Shown: positions 1 to 8,463 of the stretch, in pieces
Numbering within the stretch: the first letter of the stretch is position 1
How the letters are laid out: every line of letters starts with the position of its first letter
From: Acidobacteriota bacterium
Lineage (GTDB): Bacteria; Acidobacteriota; Terriglobia; Bryobacterales; JACQDG01
Reading direction: 5' to 3'
Assembly (NCBI GenBank): GCA_016201185.1
Contig: JACQDG010000022.1
Location: 1 to 39,137 of the forward strand
DNA length: 39,137 nucleotides
Program-made: the position numbers and the translations under genes
The notes under the pieces: generated by a model
The model's database searches: none
Seen by the model: only the letters and a program-made list of their open reading frames with translations
What the model was told of the DNA's origin: nothing

Positions 1-1218
1 CGCCACCACCCCGATCGAACCCGTGTAGGTGCCCGGGTAGGCCACGATAGGGTCTCCGGACATGGCCATGTAATAGCCGCCGGAAGCGGCCACGTCCGAC
101 ATGGAAATCACCATCGGCTTCTTCGTGCGCAGCAGGTTCATCTCGCGCCAAATCTGGTCGCTGGCGATAGCGTCGCCGCCGGGCGAGTCGATGCGCACGA
201 TCACGCCCTTGATGCTCTTGTCATCGCCCACATCGCGGAGCAGCCGGGTGAAGCTGTCGGAGGCGATTCCCTGGTCCCCGCCGAGCGGGTCGAACTGGTC
301 TTCGCCGCGGAAAATTCCCCCTACCGCGTAGACCAGCGCGATGCGGTTGCCGCCGGCCAGCCCCAGCGACTCCAGGCTGATGCGGTTGTAATCTTCCACT
401 TTGAGCTTTTTTACCGACTTCGCCTTGGTCAGCTTTTTCACTTCCTCCAGCACCTGGTCCTCATAGAGCAGGCCGTCGACCAGACGCGCCTGCAGGGCCT
501 GCTGGGGCAGGAACGGCCCCTTGTCGAGCGCCGCTCGCAGGTCTTCGGGGCTCATCTTCCGGGCTGCTCCTACCGTGACGAGGAAGTTGTTCAGCACGGT
601 GTCCAGAACCGAGTTGGTCACCTCGCGATAGGCGTCCGACATTTTGTTCTGGGTGAAAGGCTCAGAAAAGCTCTTATACTTGCCGATATGCTCCAGGTTG
701 GCCTCGACCCCGATCTTGCTGAGTGTGTCCTTGAAGAACATCACCTCGGCCCGCAGGCCTTTGACGTCGAGCAGCCCCTCCGGCGCAAGATAGACCTGGC
801 CAGCGGCGCTGGCCAGGTAGTACTCCCGGGTCCCGGCCACCTGGACAAATGCAATCAGCGGCTTCTTCGACTTTTTGAACTCCTCCAGGTCTGCGCGGAT
901 CTCCTGCGCCTTGCCCCACCCCACAGCCACTCCGCCTGGCTTGAGCAGGATGCCGTTGACGCGCTTGTCCACGGCGGCCTTCTGCAAGATGTCGTGGACG
1001 TCCTTCAAGGTGGGCTTCATGCCGTGCTGGAAGAAAACGGCCGAGACGTTGACCGGGTTGTGCTCCACAATTTCGCCTCCCAGGTCCAGCACCAGCGTGG
1101 AGCCGGCGGCCACGGACGGCGGTCGGCCGGAAAGGGAGACCATCACCACGACCAGCAGCAGGGCCAGGAAGAAGCAGAGAAAAATGCCGCTGATCACCCC
1201 CAGCAAATATTTCGCCAT
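1..1218 (-). CDS. sppA: Signal peptide peptidase SppA, 67K type (start in window, C-terminal end runs off the left edge)
   Basis: Absent from the ORF track because no stop lies in the window. My minus-strand translation from ATG 1218..1216 stays open for all 406 codons. It reads MAKYLLGVISGIFLCFFLALLLVVVMVSLSG (TM anchor), then ...GVIVRIDSPGGDAIASDQIWREM...ISMSDVAASGGYYMAMSGD... These are peptidase S49 motifs with the Ser in the AASGGY context. Confidence 0.85.
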   Translation of the reverse strand, partial: MAKYLLGVISGIFLCFFLALLLVVVMVSLSGRPPSVAAGSTLVLDLGGEIVEHNPVNVSAVFFQHGMKPTLKDVHDILQKAAVDKRVNGILLKPGGVAVGWGKAQEIRADLEEFKKSKKPLIAFVQVAGTREYYLASAAGQVYLAPEGLLDVKGLRAEVMFFKDTLSKIGVEANLEHIGKYKSFSEPFTQNKMSDAYREVTNSVLDTVLNNFLVTVGAARKMSPEDLRAALDKGPFLPQQALQARLVDGLLYEDQVLEEVKKLTKAKSVKKLKVEDYNRISLESLGLAGGNRIALVYAVGGIFRGEDQFDPLGGDQGIASDSFTRLLRDVGDDKSIKGVIVRIDSPGGDAIASDQIWREMNLLRTKKPMVISMSDVAASGGYYMAMSGDPIVAYPGTYTGSIGVVA

Positions 1219-1287
1219 TACAGTCCTCGCTTTCTAGATTATAAGGCTTGACGGCTGGCCCTTGCCGCGAAAGGATTTGTCGGGCTG

Positions 1288-2478
1288 CTACCCGAGCCGA
1301 TCCAGCACAGCGCCGAAAGCTTGCGGCGCGTGGGCGGCGCTGGGCAGGCTGGCCTGGGCGAGGCGGGCGTTGCCGCCGCCGCGGCCGCCCAGGGACTCGG
1401 CCACCGCTTTCACGATGTTGCCGGCATTAGCGTTCAGGTCTTCTGAAAGGGCCAGCAGGAACATCGGCGGCTGCTCCAGGGCCAGCAGGAATACTCCTCC
1501 GGGGCCGGCGGCGATGAAGGCCTGGGCCAGCAGCCGCTGGGGCTCGATGGCCCCGGACGGCTCGACCGCTTGATGCACTCTCCGGCCACGCGCATCAGCG
1601 GAAGTGGCTTGATAGAGTTCCCGGCCCTTGAAGACAGCGAGCTCCGCCTGAAGCTTCTGTTGGACCTTATCCGCCGCTTTGGCGGCTTCGATCTGCGCGG
1701 CCACCAGCGTGGGAACCTGGTCGAGCGGCGCTGAGAAAAGTTGCGCCGACCGCGCCAGGGCATTATAGTCATCGCGCGCCCGGCGCACGGCCCGGCCTCC
1801 GCAGACGAACTCCACGCGAACCGTCTGCCGCACCCGGTCCAGGCGCCGGACCAGAATGGGGCCAATCTCCCCCGTGGCTCGCACGTGAGTTCCACCGCAG
1901 GCGCTGCGGTCGCATCCCTCGATCTGCACTACCCGGATCGGGCCCTCCCGCTCGCTGGGCTTGCGAAGGCCGATCGAAGCCGCCTCTTCGGGGGAGAAGA
2001 AGCGTGCCGTCACCGGCCGGTTTTCAAAAACCAGGGCGTTGGCCCGCGCCTCGACCGCTTCGATCGGCGCTGCGCTGAGCCCCGGCGCATCCAGGTCGAT
2101 GGTCGACGTCTCCGGCCCGAGGTGGAAGCTCACGGTAGAATAGCCGGCCTGCTCGACAAACACCGCCGAAAGCAAGTGCTGGCCGGTGTGCTGTTGCATG
2201 TGGTCGAAGCGGCGAACCCAGTCGATTTCGCAAGCGACCGGGCCGGGGCGCAATTCCACGTCGACCAAGTGGGCAATGCGGTCCCCCTCATCCACCACGT
2301 CGACCACCGCAGCGCCTCCCATCCGCCCCACGTCAAACGGCTGCCCCCCCGAGGCGGGATAGAAGGCCGTGCAGTCGAGGTACGCGTAGAATCGTCCGCC
2401 AGCAGGGCGCACCTCGACGATCTCAGCCTCAAAGCGAGTCAGGTAGGAGTCCGTGTAATAGAGCCGCTCGGTTCCCAC
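1288..2478 (-). CDS. alaX: AlaX-L type alanyl-tRNA editing protein (Ser-tRNA(Ala) deacylase-like)
   Basis: 396-aa ORF with HxxxH (HTGQHLL) and CxxxH (CGGTHV) motifs of the AlaRS editing domain. It also has a C-terminal DHHA1-like segment (LGGRGGGNARLAQ). Confidence 0.8.
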   Translation of the reverse strand: MGTERLYYTDSYLTRFEAEIVEVRPAGGRFYAYLDCTAFYPASGGQPFDVGRMGGAAVVDVVDEGDRIAHLVDVELRPGPVACEIDWVRRFDHMQQHTGQHLLSAVFVEQAGYSTVSFHLGPETSTIDLDAPGLSAAPIEAVEARANALVFENRPVTARFFSPEEAASIGLRKPSEREGPIRVVQIEGCDRSACGGTHVRATGEIGPILVRRLDRVRQTVRVEFVCGGRAVRRARDDYNALARSAQLFSAPLDQVPTLVAAQIEAAKAADKVQQKLQAELAVFKGRELYQATSADARGRRVHQAVEPSGAIEPQRLLAQAFIAAGPGGVFLLALEQPPMFLLALSEDLNANAGNIVKAVAESLGGRGGGNARLAQASLPSAAHAPQAFGAVLDRLG

Positions 2479-2481
2479 TCC

Positions 2482-4221
2482 CTACTTGCTTTCGACGGCG
2501 ATAACGACTGTATTGCTGGTGCTGCCGTCGGGCCAGATGAGCTGTACCGGCACTGCTGGATTCGGCACGACCCCATCCGGCACCCGCACGTTGAGTTGGT
2601 AGAGTCCCACAAAGCTCGGAGTGAAGCCGATGTAATCGGGGACCGTGGAAATGCGGAATACCGCCGTATGGAAGACCACCTGCGGCGTCCCCGTCACAGT
2701 GGAAAGCGGCTTGGCGCCTGCTGCCGCTCCGGTCGCCACCGGCGGGTTCACCGGGCCGAAGCCGCTGCCGTAAAACACCAGCACATCGCAGATCCGGGCG
2801 GGGGCTTTGGGGATCGCGGCAAACGCGGGAATATCCGGTACCGGGAAACCATTATTGCGGGTGGCATTCTGGGCAATGCCGTAGTTCGTCCCGGGGAAGA
2901 AGTAGAAGCCGGCTGCCCGTCGCGCTACCGGCACGGTAATGGTGTTTCCCCGCTGTCCGTTCAACTCCACCCAGACGGCAGCCGTGCCGGAGGCTTCAAA
3001 CGGCATCTGGAAATTGATCTGCCCCGGCGAAGCATAGATCAGCGGGACAGATGTGCCGCCTACCTTCACCACGGCGTCCGCCAGGGTGGTCGGCAAGGGC
3101 ACTGACGAGGCGAAGGCCACGCCGCTGGCCATTTGCGACCCGAACAGGGAGGCCAGCGCTCCGGCTGCTACCGGGGAAGTAAAGGAAGCCGCGTCGACAA
3201 CGCCGCCGAAAAAAGCCAGCGGCGGGGAGACCGCCTGCACCTCGAACTCTACGGGCACGGTCAGCGGGTTGTTGGCTGCATTGGTATCAATAGTAACAGA
3301 ACCGGTATAGAACCCGGCGGCCAGCGGCCCCGCATCCGCGTTCACCTGGATCGACCCGTCGGATTGGACTGCCGCGCTGAGCCAGTCGCCGCCAGCGGCG
3401 GTCGCCCCGCTGACGCTCAGGGTCCCCTGGCCGGCATTGGCCACGCTGACGGTCTGCGTTCCGGCCGCCGCCCCCTGCACTACCGTGAAGTTCAGAGCCT
3501 CGGCGCTCGGCTTCGCGATGGGCTGGGCGGTAACATGCAGCACCACGGGAACGGACTTATTGTCGGCGGCAAACGCGGAGTTGCTCACAGCCACCGACCC
3601 GTTGTAATCTCCTGCCGCCATTCCGTTCCGAACCTTGGCCTGGACCGCGTGGGTGTAGAGAAACTGGAACGACCCCATGCCGGAACTAGAAACGGCCAGC
3701 CACGGCCCCCCGGATTGCGTGGTGGCCTTCAATACGGGGACTGGCCCGCCGGGCGTTTGAAAGGTGGCCGAATCTTCTGCTCCTGCGTTCGGCGGTAGAT
3801 AAAAGTCCACCCGCGCCGGCACGTTGCCGCCGACGTAGATCTTCACGGGAATGGTCTGCGGTGTGTCGAAAGCGTTGGGGTCATTGATTGTGATCAGCCC
3901 GGTGTAAGTCCCTTCCGCCAGCGAAGCGCTGTCGAACAACACCTTGATGGGCAGGCAGGTTTTGGAGGCGTCGAAGGAGCACTTGGCCGCGGCGCCCACC
4001 GCCGGCGTCAGCCAGGGGTAGTTGCCCGAGACCTGCAGGTTCAGCGATCCATCGCCGATGTTATAGGCCTCAATAACAGTGGTCGTAGGACCATCAGCGC
4101 CGGTCTGAACCCAGATGGGAAGCAACTTGGCGCCGTTCAATCGCAGAATCGGCGCGGCCCAGACGGTCGTCGTGCAGCACAGAAGCACACAATAAGCGAC
4201 AAAATGCCTTTGAAGAGTCAT
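2482..4221 (-). CDS. Secreted repeat protein with TIGR03437-type (Solibacter uncharacterized C-terminal) domain
   Basis: The track ORF is 2482..4263. I prefer the internal ATG at 4221 because MTLQRHFVAYCVLLCCTTTVWAAP is a signal peptide. The N-terminal two thirds look like tandem Ig-like beta-sandwich segments. The C-terminal part (ASFTSPVAAGALASLFG...PLIYASPGQINFQMPFE...VLVFYGSGFGPVNP...YQLNVRVPDG) matches my memory of TIGR03437. Confidence 0.7.
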   Translation of the reverse strand: MTLQRHFVAYCVLLCCTTTVWAAPILRLNGAKLLPIWVQTGADGPTTTVIEAYNIGDGSLNLQVSGNYPWLTPAVGAAAKCSFDASKTCLPIKVLFDSASLAEGTYTGLITINDPNAFDTPQTIPVKIYVGGNVPARVDFYLPPNAGAEDSATFQTPGGPVPVLKATTQSGGPWLAVSSSGMGSFQFLYTHAVQAKVRNGMAAGDYNGSVAVSNSAFAADNKSVPVVLHVTAQPIAKPSAEALNFTVVQGAAAGTQTVSVANAGQGTLSVSGATAAGGDWLSAAVQSDGSIQVNADAGPLAAGFYTGSVTIDTNAANNPLTVPVEFEVQAVSPPLAFFGGVVDAASFTSPVAAGALASLFGSQMASGVAFASSVPLPTTLADAVVKVGGTSVPLIYASPGQINFQMPFEASGTAAVWVELNGQRGNTITVPVARRAAGFYFFPGTNYGIAQNATRNNGFPVPDIPAFAAIPKAPARICDVLVFYGSGFGPVNPPVATGAAAGAKPLSTVTGTPQVVFHTAVFRISTVPDYIGFTPSFVGLYQLNVRVPDGVVPNPAVPVQLIWPDGSTSNTVVIAVESK

Positions 4222-4311
4222 AGAATTGTTCCGTTCAGATTTGAATGGGACGCGGAAACACAATTATAGCAGATTGACGGGCCGGGATAGCAGACCCTTT
4301 GTGCGTACAGC

Positions 4312-4370
4312 TACACCGTATCGGTCTGCGACTCCCGCCAGAACTTTCGCACCCGCTCGAACCCTTCCTG
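4312..4370. repeat. Left 59-bp direct repeat (orphan copy of the cvpA 3' end)
   Basis: tacaccgtatcggtctgcgactcccgccagaactttcgcacccgctcgaacccttcctg is identical to 6952..7010. The flanks diverge immediately on both sides. Confidence 0.95.
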
Positions 4371-4483
4371 CCCCCCTCGGGAGTGGCGGCCCGGACGAGA
4401 GCAGCCAGTCAGTCCCCAGGCTCTTGGCCAGCTTAAGATTAAGATAAGACGCCATAGAACTTGAGAACCATGAAGGGTTCCGT

Positions 4484-5467
4484 TCACGTGGGTTTGATCA
4501 AATCGCAGGCTTCCGCAATCTGCTCGGCCAAACGCCGGAATTCAACCTCACAAATGTGCGCAAGCTGCGCATGACTGCCGATGGCTCCGTCCGCGGGCCG
4601 AAGGTCGAACATCGGCTTGCGCGCGTCCTGCGCCATCGGCATGAGGCTCCGGAAGTTCCGCAGGGTGGCAAGACAATGGTTGTCCTCGTCGCCGCCGCCA
4701 ATCTTACCCGGCTTCTGGCCCAAAACTGACTCGCGATAAACAGCAGGGATCCGGTCTAACCACCGACCGTAGGCGCGCACCGGGCGGTCGAGACGGACGG
4801 CATGTTGTAGCACAACGTACCCTGCGGGAGTCATGAGGCCCTCGGGCAAGTCGATCTTCGTCGAAACGAGCTTCTGGACCTGCTGCCACTGTTGTCGCCA
4901 ATCACGAACTGTCGGACCAAGGTTTCTTAGACCTTGAAGAGAGAAGAGATCTGCAGCCAGCGGGATCACGAGAAAATCTGCCGCTAGCAAGGCCGATCGA
5001 TTGATTGCACCCAGATTCGGACCCACATCGAGGAGGGCCACCGCGGCTCCGACATCGCTTGCGGCCTTCCTGATGACGCGGTGGAAGGCTGATGTGGTTC
5101 TCAGAGCGGCTGGGTCTCCCTCGTAGCCCCGAGGCCAACTGGCGGAGAGTCTGTCTTCAAAGCGGGAAAGGCCTAAATCCCCAGCTATAACCGAGAGACC
5201 TTCTGCAACTTCTAATGGAAACGGCTCTTTAATATCCCCCGTCCCTTCGAGTATTGGATTGACGCAGGCCAGAATCGTTGCGGTCTCCTCCTCCCAAAGG
5301 GCCTCTAGTAGGTCTTCGTCAAAGAAGGCACAGGTTAGGTTGGCCTGCGGGTCAAGGTCTACTGCAACTGTCGGATAGCCGATTCGGGGCAGCATGTGCG
5401 CGAGATGGTATGCCAACGTGGTCTTTCCTACCCCGCCTTTGTTGTTGAAGAAGGCGATCGTTTTCAC
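4484..5467 (-). CDS. ParA/MinD-superfamily ATPase (deviant Walker A)
   Basis: 327 aa, MKTIAFFNNKGGVGKTTLAYHLA (KGGxGKT deviant Walker A), VDLDPQANLT, LLDVGPNLG. The GTG start at 5467 overlaps the upstream stop (GTGA), so translation is probably coupled. Confidence 0.85.
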   Translation of the reverse strand: MKTIAFFNNKGGVGKTTLAYHLAHMLPRIGYPTVAVDLDPQANLTCAFFDEDLLEALWEEETATILACVNPILEGTGDIKEPFPLEVAEGLSVIAGDLGLSRFEDRLSASWPRGYEGDPAALRTTSAFHRVIRKAASDVGAAVALLDVGPNLGAINRSALLAADFLVIPLAADLFSLQGLRNLGPTVRDWRQQWQQVQKLVSTKIDLPEGLMTPAGYVVLQHAVRLDRPVRAYGRWLDRIPAVYRESVLGQKPGKIGGGDEDNHCLATLRNFRSLMPMAQDARKPMFDLRPADGAIGSHAQLAHICEVEFRRLAEQIAEACDLIKPT

Positions 5468-6651
5468 GGCCGCCTCCAGACGGTGACCAATACGTGGGTC
5501 GGCTCAAACCTAAACTCAGAGAGCTGATTACCGTTTGCAGACAGCGCCGCTTTGGCCCTTGCGATGCCAGTGCCGAACCGCTCCACATAGCCCAGCGCTT
5601 TCATTGCCTCGGCGATAACGGGGTTTCGGTAATCGCTAACTCGTTCGTAATTGTCCTCTGTCACCTGACCGTATAGACCGCCGGGGTTCTGCATTTCCAC
5701 GCGGTTTGCGAACCAGTTGATGCGTACGGGGGCGTTAGTTCCTTCGTATGTTCGATGCATCACAGAATTAAGTGCAAACTCGCGGATGGCAACCATGGGG
5801 TAATCCGGCAGTCCCTCGTGATGAAGCCCGGTAGCGGGAACCCGTGCCGTGTGGATCTGAAGCGGGAGCAAGCTGTCAAGTTGAGTGAGTTGAGTCAGCA
5901 GGTTGCCCGTGATCTGCTTTTCGTCCTGCACTGGGTCTGCCAAAGTTTCACCATCAAACCGGACCAACTGGATGTAGGCCCCAGGCAGGTACTCAAGTGG
6001 ATCTGCGCCAAACACCAATACGCCAGCGTGTGTGGGCGCCTGACTTCTTAAGTCAAAGAAACGTAGCGAGGCGAGTTGTTCCTCAACGGTTCTGTTGTTC
6101 TCGGAGATCACGCCCCGATCTACCACCCTGGGGAGATAATCGATCCGGAATGTGTTAAGGAGCAGGTCGTTAATCGTCGCGCCGGCACACGGCCGCTGAT
6201 CAAAAGTCCGTGCCCCGGCGACCTGGCGTTCGGTCAACCGCCGCTCCTCCTCAAGCGTGGCAATCGCCCGACGTGGACCTACACGGATCCAGACTTGGCC
6301 CTTGAAACGAACCGGGGGTGTGTCTGAAGGGTATACCTCCACCACCGCGACCGGGGATCCTCGAAGGGTTACCTTCTGGACCGTCATAGTTGGTATAGGG
6401 AGAATATTGCCATCCGATCGCATGTCCGCTAAAGTTCGCAGAAGTTCGTCAGTGATCAGGAGCGAGGTCGGCAGACCCGCGTCGTTTACTCCGACAAATA
6501 AGTACCCTGGAGATCGGTGCCCAGGGAGGTCGTTAGCAAACGCACAGATGGCCTGTCGGATCTTGTCTCGCTCCACTAGGGACGCCTTACGCTCGACCTG
6601 ATCCGATTCCAAGTCCGCCATCAGCCGCTCGAGTTCTTCGACTGTAAGCAT
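5464..6651 (-). CDS. AlbA_2 (Schlafen-like) + HATPase_c_4 + wHTH protein, of the kind usually annotated RecG-like / putative transcriptional regulator
   Basis: 395 aa. The N-terminal LESDQVERK...ICAFANDLPG...GYLFVGVNDAG follows the AlbA_2 pattern. The C-terminal NSVMHRTY...QNPGGLYG...YRNPVIAEAMKALGYVERFGTGI follows the HATPase_c_4/wHTH pattern. Confidence 0.75.
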   Translation of the reverse strand: MLTVEELERLMADLESDQVERKASLVERDKIRQAICAFANDLPGHRSPGYLFVGVNDAGLPTSLLITDELLRTLADMRSDGNILPIPTMTVQKVTLRGSPVAVVEVYPSDTPPVRFKGQVWIRVGPRRAIATLEEERRLTERQVAGARTFDQRPCAGATINDLLLNTFRIDYLPRVVDRGVISENNRTVEEQLASLRFFDLRSQAPTHAGVLVFGADPLEYLPGAYIQLVRFDGETLADPVQDEKQITGNLLTQLTQLDSLLPLQIHTARVPATGLHHEGLPDYPMVAIREFALNSVMHRTYEGTNAPVRINWFANRVEMQNPGGLYGQVTEDNYERVSDYRNPVIAEAMKALGYVERFGTGIARAKAALSANGNQLSEFRFEPTHVLVTVWRRP

Positions 6652-6950
6652 TGTCGGATGTGCTGTTCAGTCGTATGCTTTGAGGGACAGGTGCCCGAAC
6701 CCTGGGCACTGCGCTGTTCAGCACGGATCTCTATCTTAATTCATATACCTTTTGGAAGCCCATCAGCGACGCTGGCGAGCCTCCTGTCTGACGTAACCGT
6801 CAGAGTGCCGTTGCCTTCCTAAGGCGGCTTTCCTTTGACTCTTTTCGTTAGCCGCGAACTTATTGCGGGGGTCGCTTGAGCAGGAGGCGCGAACCCTGCG
6901 GAGTTAGGAAGCGGTTAGCTGCTGGCTGCTTGCTGCCTTGAGTTGTACTT

Positions 6951-7496
6951 TTACACCGTATCGGTCTGCGACTCCCGCCAGAACTTTCGCACCCGCTCGA
7001 ACCCTTCCTGGAAACCGTCCTTCAGCTTGCGCGGGGCGACGGAAACAATGGCGCGGGCGCACTGCAACACCATGGGCGCGAGGCGCGACCTGCCCACCAA
7101 TTCAGTCGGCTCTCTGCCTGGCGCGAAGGTCACCAGCGCCAGCACCAGCGCCGCCGTCAGCAGCAAACCCCGGACTAAGCCAAACGCCGCCCCGAGCAAC
7201 CGGTCGAACCACCGCAGCCCACTCGCCTTCACCAGCTTCCCCATCAACTTGGAAACGATTGCTCCCAAAATCAGAAACGCGACGAGAATGACAACAAAGC
7301 CCACAAAGTCGGCTATTCCCCGGCTGCTGGTGTACGGCTCAAAACGCCTCCCGACACCGGGGTACCACCACAGCGCCGCCAGCAGACCCAGGACCAGCCC
7401 TGCCAGGCTTATCAGTTCGTGGGTCAGTCCCTTGACGATGGCGCCCACAAACGAAATCAATATTATGACGGCGATCAACCAGTCCAGCCAGTTCAT
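6951..7496 (-). CDS. cvpA: CvpA family (colicin V production) membrane protein
   Basis: 181 aa with four hydrophobic segments: MNWLDWLIAVIILISFVGAIVKG...LSGLRWFDRLLGAAFGLVRG. The ATGA overlap with purC (7493..7496) indicates an operon. Confidence 0.8.
   Translation of the reverse strand: MNWLDWLIAVIILISFVGAIVKGLTHELISLAGLVLGLLAALWWYPGVGRRFEPYTSSRGIADFVGFVVILVAFLILGAIVSKLMGKLVKASGLRWFDRLLGAAFGLVRGLLLTAALVLALVTFAPGREPTELVGRSRLAPMVLQCARAIVSVAPRKLKDGFQEGFERVRKFWRESQTDTV
6952..7010. repeat. Right 59-bp direct repeat (= last 19 codons plus stop of cvpA)
   Basis: Identical to 4312..4370. On the minus strand it reads FQEGFERVRKFWRESQTDTV*. Confidence 0.95.
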
Positions 7497-8392
7497 AATG
7501 ACCGGCCCGTTAGAGCCCGGTAAGCTTCCAGATACTTCTCGCTGGTTTTTTGAGCCACCCCCGCTGGCAGCGGCGGTGCCGGTGGCTGTTTTGACCAGCG
7601 GATCGATTCCAGGTAGTCCCGCACGTACTGCTTGTCGTAAGAAAATTGCGGCCCGCCCGGCTGGTAGCTGTCGAGCGGCCAGAAGCGCGAGGAATCGGGG
7701 GTCAGAACCTCGTCGCCCAGGATCAGGCGGCCCCCGGCGTGTCCGAACTCAAACTTCGTGTCGGCGATAATGATCCCACGGCTCAAGGCGTAGGCGGCGG
7801 CTTTCGAATAAATCTCCAGGGTCAGATCCCGCAGCTTGGCGGCCTGCTCGCTGCCCACCAGGCTTGCCATCCTGGCGAAGGGGATGTTCTCGTCATGCCC
7901 CGAAGTCGCCTTGGTGGCGGGCGTGAAGATCGGCTCCGGCAGCCGTTCGCTCTCCTTCAAGCCGGATGGCACCCGGATGCCGCATACCGTTCCGTTCTGC
8001 GCATATTCTTTCCAGCCCGACCCGGAAAGATAGCCTCGGGCCACGCATTCGACCGGCGTCATCTCCGCTTCCACCACCAGCATGGACCGGCCTTCAAGCT
8101 GGCCGCGGTACTTCGGCAGCGGCTCCGGGTATGCACCGACTTCGGCGGTGAGGAAGTGCGTCGGGACGATGTCCTTCAGAAAGTCGAACCAGAAGATCGA
8201 CAGTTGGGTCAGCACCTCGCCCTTGCGGGGAATGCCCGTAGGGAGAATGTAGTCGAAGGCCGATATGCGGTCCGTGGCCACGATCAGCAACCGGCCGTCG
8301 ATGCGGTAGACGTCCCTGACCTTGCCCCGGCCGGCCAGCCGGCACTCTGGAAGCTCGGTCTGCAGCAGGATTTCTTTCGTCGTTGGATTCAC
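7493..8392 (-). CDS. purC: Phosphoribosylaminoimidazole-succinocarboxamide (SAICAR) synthase
   Basis: 299 aa with the motifs GKVRDVY and ATDRISAFD, typical SAICAR synthetase length, and a GTG start. Confidence 0.9.
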   Translation of the reverse strand: MNPTTKEILLQTELPECRLAGRGKVRDVYRIDGRLLIVATDRISAFDYILPTGIPRKGEVLTQLSIFWFDFLKDIVPTHFLTAEVGAYPEPLPKYRGQLEGRSMLVVEAEMTPVECVARGYLSGSGWKEYAQNGTVCGIRVPSGLKESERLPEPIFTPATKATSGHDENIPFARMASLVGSEQAAKLRDLTLEIYSKAAAYALSRGIIIADTKFEFGHAGGRLILGDEVLTPDSSRFWPLDSYQPGGPQFSYDKQYVRDYLESIRWSKQPPAPPLPAGVAQKTSEKYLEAYRALTGRSL

Positions 8393-8463
8393 CTTAGCGC
8401 CTGAAAGTGTTTAGGATGAAGTTTGATCATAGCCCCGGCAGGGTTCCCCTCACAAGGACTTAT

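Larger units (their letters stand above)
4312..7010. mobile_element. Putative integrated islet (attL-like repeat, two-gene cargo, attR-like repeat) inserted at the 3' end of cvpA
   Basis: Perfect 59-bp direct repeats lie at both ends, and the right copy is the genuine cvpA 3' end. The interior is visibly lower in GC: 52% and 55% in lines 5221..5280 and 5761..5820, against 68% in 7141..7200. No recombinase gene is present. Confidence 0.5.

Noticed and set aside
688-1251. 187-aa and 120-aa plus-strand ORFs at the left end
   Set aside because: They are antisense to the well-supported sppA reading frame. That frame is missing from the track only because it has no stop in the window.
1741-3105. 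454-aa plus-strand ORF spanning the alaX and TIGR03437-protein genes
   Set aside because: It is antisense to two genes with clear family motifs. The translation is Arg/Gly/His/Pro-rich with no recognisable domain. This is the typical shadow ORF of high-GC DNA.
4264-4483. Looked for a tRNA/tmRNA gene or an integrase remnant at the islet borders (also 6652..6950)
   Set aside because: No cloverleaf-compatible sequence (no GTTCGAATC-like T-arm) and no ORF with recombinase motifs was found. The repeat is demonstrably the cvpA 3' end instead.
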